From: Acinetobacter wanghuae
GTDB taxonomy: Bacteria; Pseudomonadota; Gammaproteobacteria; Pseudomonadales; Moraxellaceae
Reading direction: 5' to 3'
DNA: 32,000 bases
Assembly (NCBI RefSeq): GCF_009557235.1
Contig: NZ_CP045650.1
Coordinates: 1,140,001 to 1,172,000, forward strand
Position 1 is the first letter of the stretch. The number at the start of each line of letters is the position of its first letter. The translations under genes and the position numbers were made by a program. Positions 27,981 through 32,000 of the stretch are shown here, piece by piece. The notes under the pieces are model-generated. The model worked only from the letters and a program-made list of their open reading frames with translations, did not search any database and had not been told where the DNA came from.

Positions 27981-28952
27981 CCCGAATCCTGTTTAAGCCG
28001 ATGACTCCATAATTTGAATTGTTGGCTTATTTTTATGGATCAGTTGATATGCACACAAGGACGCGTAAATCCCTCCTAGAAATCCATGAACACTACGTGC
28101 TTTGCTTGTCACTAAATTGTACTGACCTTTCAATAAACTGAATAAAGTCTCTATCTTATTACGCTGTTTTAAGTGATATTTATCTGACTCAGAAAGTTGT
28201 GTAGCCTGCATATTTTTTCGATGATAGGTAATTAAATCAATGCCTTGCTCTTTTAATCTAATCTTCAGTTCTTGACTAATATAGCCACGATCTCCATACA
28301 ACTTTGCTTCCACCTCTTTAACGAGTCTCTCAACCATTTTTATGTCAGCAACATGTCCATTCGATAAAGCAGAACAAGCAATTTCACCAAATTGGTTCAT
28401 TGCAATGTGCAATTTACAGCCATAAAACCAGCCCATTGAACTTTTACCACGAGATGCAATTTTAGCTAAAGATTTATGGCGTTGAATACGTTGATTTTTA
28501 CAAACTGGCAGAGTTGTTGAATCAATCCATAAATATTGTGTACCTTGGTCTTTCATCAGCACCACATGTAAAGCGTGTAGAGCCAATTGGTGCATATTGA
28601 TCAGATGAATCATCCTTTGATAGCAAGGCAAATACTTAAATAAATGGTTTTTATCTTCTTTTAACCAAATGAAAAATGCTTTGAAATTATTGAAATGAGA
28701 ACATTTGTACCAAATAGCGATAAAACAGATTTCTGAAATGGTTAAATGAGCAGTTCTGATTCTTAAGGAACGATTACTTTGCTTAAGAAAATTCCAGTAG
28801 GTTGCTTCAAATTTAAGAAAGAAATCATCAATTAAGCAAAATAATTCGGTACTATTAAACATCGGGACTAGAGTTTTAAGTTTTGTGTGGTAACTCAACT
28901 GATGGCTCTAGTCCTTCTATTTTTCAAGTTAATTTCTTATCCGCGATTCGGG
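27981..28952 (-). mobile_element. IS982-family insertion sequence (972 bp)
   Basis: Terminal inverted repeats cccgaatcctgtttaag... (27981-) and ...cttatccgcgattcggg (-28952): the outer 8 bp are perfect and about 12/17 match overall. It carries a single transposase ORF and is flanked by the 9-bp direct repeat ttttcctaa. Confidence 0.85.
27993..28862 (-). CDS. IS982-family DDE transposase
   Basis: MFNSTELFCLIDDFF... start typical of IS982 transposases (ATG at 28862; the track start at 28898 is an alternative). DDE candidates are in WIDSTTLPVC, LYGDRGYIS and QRNKIETLFSLLK. The frame looks intact. Confidence 0.85.
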   Translation of the reverse strand: MFNSTELFCLIDDFFLKFEATYWNFLKQSNRSLRIRTAHLTISEICFIAIWYKCSHFNNFKAFFIWLKEDKNHLFKYLPCYQRMIHLINMHQLALHALHVVLMKDQGTQYLWIDSTTLPVCKNQRIQRHKSLAKIASRGKSSMGWFYGCKLHIAMNQFGEIACSALSNGHVADIKMVERLVKEVEAKLYGDRGYISQELKIRLKEQGIDLITYHRKNMQATQLSESDKYHLKQRNKIETLFSLLKGQYNLVTSKARSVHGFLGGIYASLCAYQLIHKNKPTIQIMESSA

Positions 28953-28961
28953 TTTTCCTAA
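28953..28961. repeat. target-site duplication (right) of the IS982-family element
   Basis: ttttcctaa, identical to 27972-27980. Confidence 0.8.
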
Positions 28962-28996
28962 TCAATTCCGCCATGTATAAATAAAAAATTAAAAAA

Positions 28997-29054
28997 AGTT
29001 ACTTTGAGTAAGCCAGATCTCTCCACAAAATCAGAGTCATTACTCAAAGTAACT
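28997..29054. repeat. perfect 15-bp inverted repeat with 28-nt spacer
   Basis: agttactttgagtaa (28997-29011) and ttactcaaagtaact (29040-29054), in the thiE upstream region. Confidence 0.6.
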
Positions 29055-29288
29055 GTTAGAGGGCGAAACAGATCGAGGGCGTCTCATTCTGAGTCGCTCT
29101 TATTAAACTCAATATTGAGGGCGAGGTATATCCCTAGAATTGGTGATTTTGCAGCCAAATGAGGATAATTTCTTAAAATGATTTTATTGTGAAAACAGTA
29201 GTAAATGATACAGATCTATAGCAAGAAGTCGATGATTCAGTGAAGGTTATGGCTATAATAGGACATTGATATTTTTTTGATGACAGTT

Positions 29289-29909
29289 ATGCGCGGTTTA
29301 TACTTAATTACCAATGACGATCCTATTGAAGTCTTGCTTGCAAAATTAGAAGGTGCGATGGCAAATGGCGGTGTCGCTGTTTTGCAATATCGCCGTAAAA
29401 AAGTGGCAAAAGAAGATCAAGCTTACGAAATCGAATATATGCGCGACATGTGCGCACAATACAAAGTGCCGTTTGTGATTAATGATGATTTAGAAACAGC
29501 GGTTAAATATGGCGTAGGTGTGCATTTGGGACAAAATGATGGCTCAATTGTTGATGCTGTTGCACGGTTACCAAAAAATGTCTTGATTGGTCGTAGCTGC
29601 AATAACTCCATTGAACTTGCTGAACAAGCCATTCGTGATGGTGCAAATTATGTTGCCTTTGGCGCAATCTATGCGACAAACAGCAAACCTGAAGCAGGCA
29701 ATATTGGTTTAGATACTTTAAAAGCCGCACAAGGTAAATTTAATGTGCCTGTATGTGCGATTGGTGGTTTGACCGTTGAAAATGCAAAAGAAGTCATCGC
29801 ATCAGGTGCGGATATGTGTGCGGTGATTAGTGATGTACTCGCGCGCCCCATGCACGGTATTCCTGAGCGCTTAGATGAATGGTCTGAGCTTTTCCAAGCG
29901 ACTGTATAA
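29289..29909 (+). CDS. thiE: thiamine-phosphate synthase
   Basis: MRGLYLITND..., LQYRRKK, VHLGQND, IGGL. An ATG at 29280 is an alternative start; the track TTG at 29277 is unlikely. Confidence 0.85.
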   Translation: MRGLYLITNDDPIEVLLAKLEGAMANGGVAVLQYRRKKVAKEDQAYEIEYMRDMCAQYKVPFVINDDLETAVKYGVGVHLGQNDGSIVDAVARLPKNVLIGRSCNNSIELAEQAIRDGANYVAFGAIYATNSKPEAGNIGLDTLKAAQGKFNVPVCAIGGLTVENAKEVIASGADMCAVISDVLARPMHGIPERLDEWSELFQATV

Positions 29910-29948
29910 CTTATTTTCCAAAATTTAATTTTTGAGTTGAGAGCAACG

Positions 29949-31250
29949 ATGAGCTTATCTCCAAAGCAAGAACAATTGTTTAAACAAGCCAATAAACATA
30001 TTCCAGGTGGCGTCAATTCTCCTGTACGTGCCTTCAACGGTGTTGGCGGAACCCCTGTGTTTATTGAAAAAGCACAAGGTGCATATCTATTTGATGTGGA
30101 TGGCAAACGCTATGTCGATTATGTCGGTTCATGGGGACCGATGATTTTGGGTCATGCGCATCCTGCCATTATTAAAGCGGTTCAAGATGCTGCCGTAGAT
30201 GGTTTAAGTTTTGGTGCGCCAACGGTACATGAAACCACACTTGCAGACATTATCTGCGACATCATGCCGTCAATTGAATTGGTGCGTATGACCAACTCAG
30301 GTACAGAAGCCACCATGACTGCGATTCGCTTAGCACGTGGTTATACTGGTCGTGACAAGATCGTAAAATTTGAAGGTTGCTACCACGGTCACTCAGATTC
30401 ATTGTTGGTCAAAGCGGGTTCAGGTTTGCTTACCAAAGGTGAGGGTGAAGCGACATCTGCGGGTGTGCCTGCTGATTTTGCAAAACATACCTTAACGCTT
30501 CCATACAACGACATTGAAACTTTAAAAGAATGCTTTGCGAAATTTGGTTCTGAAATTGCAGGGGTGATTGTTGAACCTGTTGCAGGTAACATGAATTTGG
30601 TTAAACCAATTGATGGTTTCTTACAAGCGATTCGTGATGTCTGTGATGAACATGGTTCAGTGTTTATCATTGATGAAGTGATGACTGGTTTCCGTGTTGG
30701 TCTTGGCGGTGCACAGGCGCATTATGGCGTTACTCCTGATTTAACCACGTTGGGTAAAATCATTGGTGCAGGCTTACCGGTAGGTGCATTTGGTGGTAAG
30801 CGTGAAGTGATGGAATGTATTGCACCGCTCGGTAATGTTTATCAAGCAGGCACATTGTCAGGTAATCCATTGGCTATGCGTGCCGGTATCGAGATGTTTA
30901 AGCATCTACGTGCGGAAGGTTTCTATGAAAACCTCACTGCTAAACTTGCGACTTTGCTCGCAGGTTTAGAAGCTGCAGCGCGCGATGCAGGTGTAGCATT
31001 TAAGACTCAACAAGTCGGCGGTATGTTTGGTATTTACTTTACTGATCAAGATGACATTGCAAGCTTTGATTCAATGTTGAAGTGTGATGTTGAGGCTTTC
31101 CGTAAATTCTTCCACGGTATGCTTAAACGTGGTGTCAACCTTGCACCTTCTGCATTTGAAGCTGGCTTCTTCTCAGCAGCGCATTCGGATGAAGATATTG
31201 AATTTACCATTCAAGCTGCGAAAGAGACATTTGCTGAAATGAAAGGTTAA
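29949..31250 (+). CDS. hemL: glutamate-1-semialdehyde 2,1-aminomutase
   Basis: [29 protein letters not shown]..., PLP-lysine region [19 protein letters not shown] chose the ATG at 29949 over the track TTG at 29937. Confidence 0.92.
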   Translation: MSLSPKQEQLFKQANKHIPGGVNSPVRAFNGVGGTPVFIEKAQGAYLFDVDGKRYVDYVGSWGPMILGHAHPAIIKAVQDAAVDGLSFGAPTVHETTLADIICDIMPSIELVRMTNSGTEATMTAIRLARGYTGRDKIVKFEGCYHGHSDSLLVKAGSGLLTKGEGEATSAGVPADFAKHTLTLPYNDIETLKECFAKFGSEIAGVIVEPVAGNMNLVKPIDGFLQAIRDVCDEHGSVFIIDEVMTGFRVGLGGAQAHYGVTPDLTTLGKIIGAGLPVGAFGGKREVMECIAPLGNVYQAGTLSGNPLAMRAGIEMFKHLRAEGFYENLTAKLATLLAGLEAAARDAGVAFKTQQVGGMFGIYFTDQDDIASFDSMLKCDVEAFRKFFHGMLKRGVNLAPSAFEAGFFSAAHSDEDIEFTIQAAKETFAEMKG

Positions 31251-31265
31251 TAGACCTCTCCCAAA

Positions 31266-31290
31266 CCCTCTCCTAAAAGGAGAGGGCTTT
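31266..31290 (+). terminator. probable terminator after hemL
   Basis: ccctctcc-taaaa-ggagaggg hairpin followed by ctttc, a weak U-tract. Confidence 0.5.
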
Positions 31291-31397
31291 CATAAATCAA
31301 ATAGACACTAAAGTTTAAAGATTTTTTACTTTTTCTTGCCTCATATATGGTTCAGGGTTAGGGGTGATTTAATTTTTATTTTTGAGGGGAAATATAA

Positions 31398-31814
31398 ATG
31401 CAAACCAAATCATATTTAACGCTTTCAGATGCAGAATTTTTATTAGATACAGCACATCAATATGCGATAGAACATAACTTTAATGTCAGCATTGCTGTCG
31501 TCGATGATACAGGCAATTTGCTTGCGATGAAGCGTATGGATGGGGCTTCACCCATGACGGCTAACCTGTGTTTAGAAAAAGCCAAATGTTCTGCGATGAG
31601 TCGCCGTCCTTCAAAGTTGTTTGAAGACTTGATTAAAGGCGGTCAAATGGGCTTTTTAACCATGGATTCTTTCGCAGGTATGCTTGAAGGTGGTGAGCCA
31701 ATCATGTTTGAAGAGCATTTGGTTGGTGCGATGGGTGTATCTGGAGTGAAGTCATTTCAGGATGCAGAGATTGCACAGCAGGCGATTGAGAAGTTTTTAG
31801 CTCAGATAAAATGA
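31398..31814 (+). CDS. GlcG/HbpS-like (DUF336) heme-binding-type protein
   Basis: 138 aa. AVVDDTGNLLAMKRMDGA...A..KA..SA and GGEPI...VGAMGVSG are typical of DUF336. Confidence 0.75.
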   Translation: MQTKSYLTLSDAEFLLDTAHQYAIEHNFNVSIAVVDDTGNLLAMKRMDGASPMTANLCLEKAKCSAMSRRPSKLFEDLIKGGQMGFLTMDSFAGMLEGGEPIMFEEHLVGAMGVSGVKSFQDAEIAQQAIEKFLAQIK

Positions 31815-32000
31815 GTGGATATTAAAGTTAGCTTTAGCTTTTAGGTACGTTTATAAAAAAGAGATCTAGCCATAATCAAATTTGATGTGAAACTTGAAAG
31901 ATCAATGAAAAAACCAAATTGGGTGTGATTAGTCTTTTTATTCCATGATAAAGCTATGATTAAAAAGAAAATTAAAATAATTAATATAACGTGTATTATG

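Noticed and set aside
27954-29138. Identical 11-mer tatccctagaa on both sides of the IS982 element (about 27954 and 29127), considered as a second, outer direct repeat.
   Set aside because: A rough estimate suggests many chance 11-mer repeats are expected in a 32-kb window. The true 9-bp target duplication directly abuts the IS ends.
28962-29288. Expected a TPP (THI-box) riboswitch upstream of thiE.
   Set aside because: I could not find the conserved CUGAGA...ACCUGAUCUGGAUAAUGCCAGCG-type core on either strand. The only ctgag (29098-29102) lacks the partner elements.
29669-30106. 145-aa minus-strand ORF spanning the thiE/hemL junction.
   Set aside because: It is antisense to two well-supported conserved genes and has no recognisable motifs. 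The same reasoning applies to the other antisense ORFs in the track, such as 11249-11623, 14488-14751, 24989-25300 and 7652-7933.

Overview
This chromosomal window has the gene content and A+T-rich style of an Acinetobacter/Moraxellaceae genome; that is an inference from recognisable proteins, since no search was run. Most of it is ordinary housekeeping DNA: the purF 3' end, a 2-hydroxyacid dehydrogenase, a BepA-like M48 protease, the rpsU-yqeY operon divergent from tsaD, gloB, a flavin reductase, PhzF-like, M16 protease, amidohydrolase and CYTH-CHAD genes, thiE-hemL and glcG-like. There are two accessory patches. (i) 12.6-17.3 kb holds two copies of a tRNA Leu(UAG)-Trp(CCA)-Leu(UAG) operon interleaved with two same-orientation, frame-broken IS30-family elements, an ORF split by one in-frame TAA, and a small orphan ORF behind a very A+T-rich leader. 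(ii) 27.98-28.95 kb holds an IS982-family element with a clean 9-bp target duplication, upstream of thiE-hemL. I saw no rRNA, CRISPR array, prophage or classical defence island, and I cannot point to a convincing new multi-gene system. The best leads are the IS30/tRNA structure, the deletion-only decay of IS30 copy 2 (possibly a sequence-quality artefact), an M48-like membrane protein whose HExxH is degraded to HEFNK, and an overlapping patatin-like lipase / atypical Hanks-type kinase pair. All coordinates and motifs were read by hand from the sequence. Family names rest on remembered motifs, not on searches.
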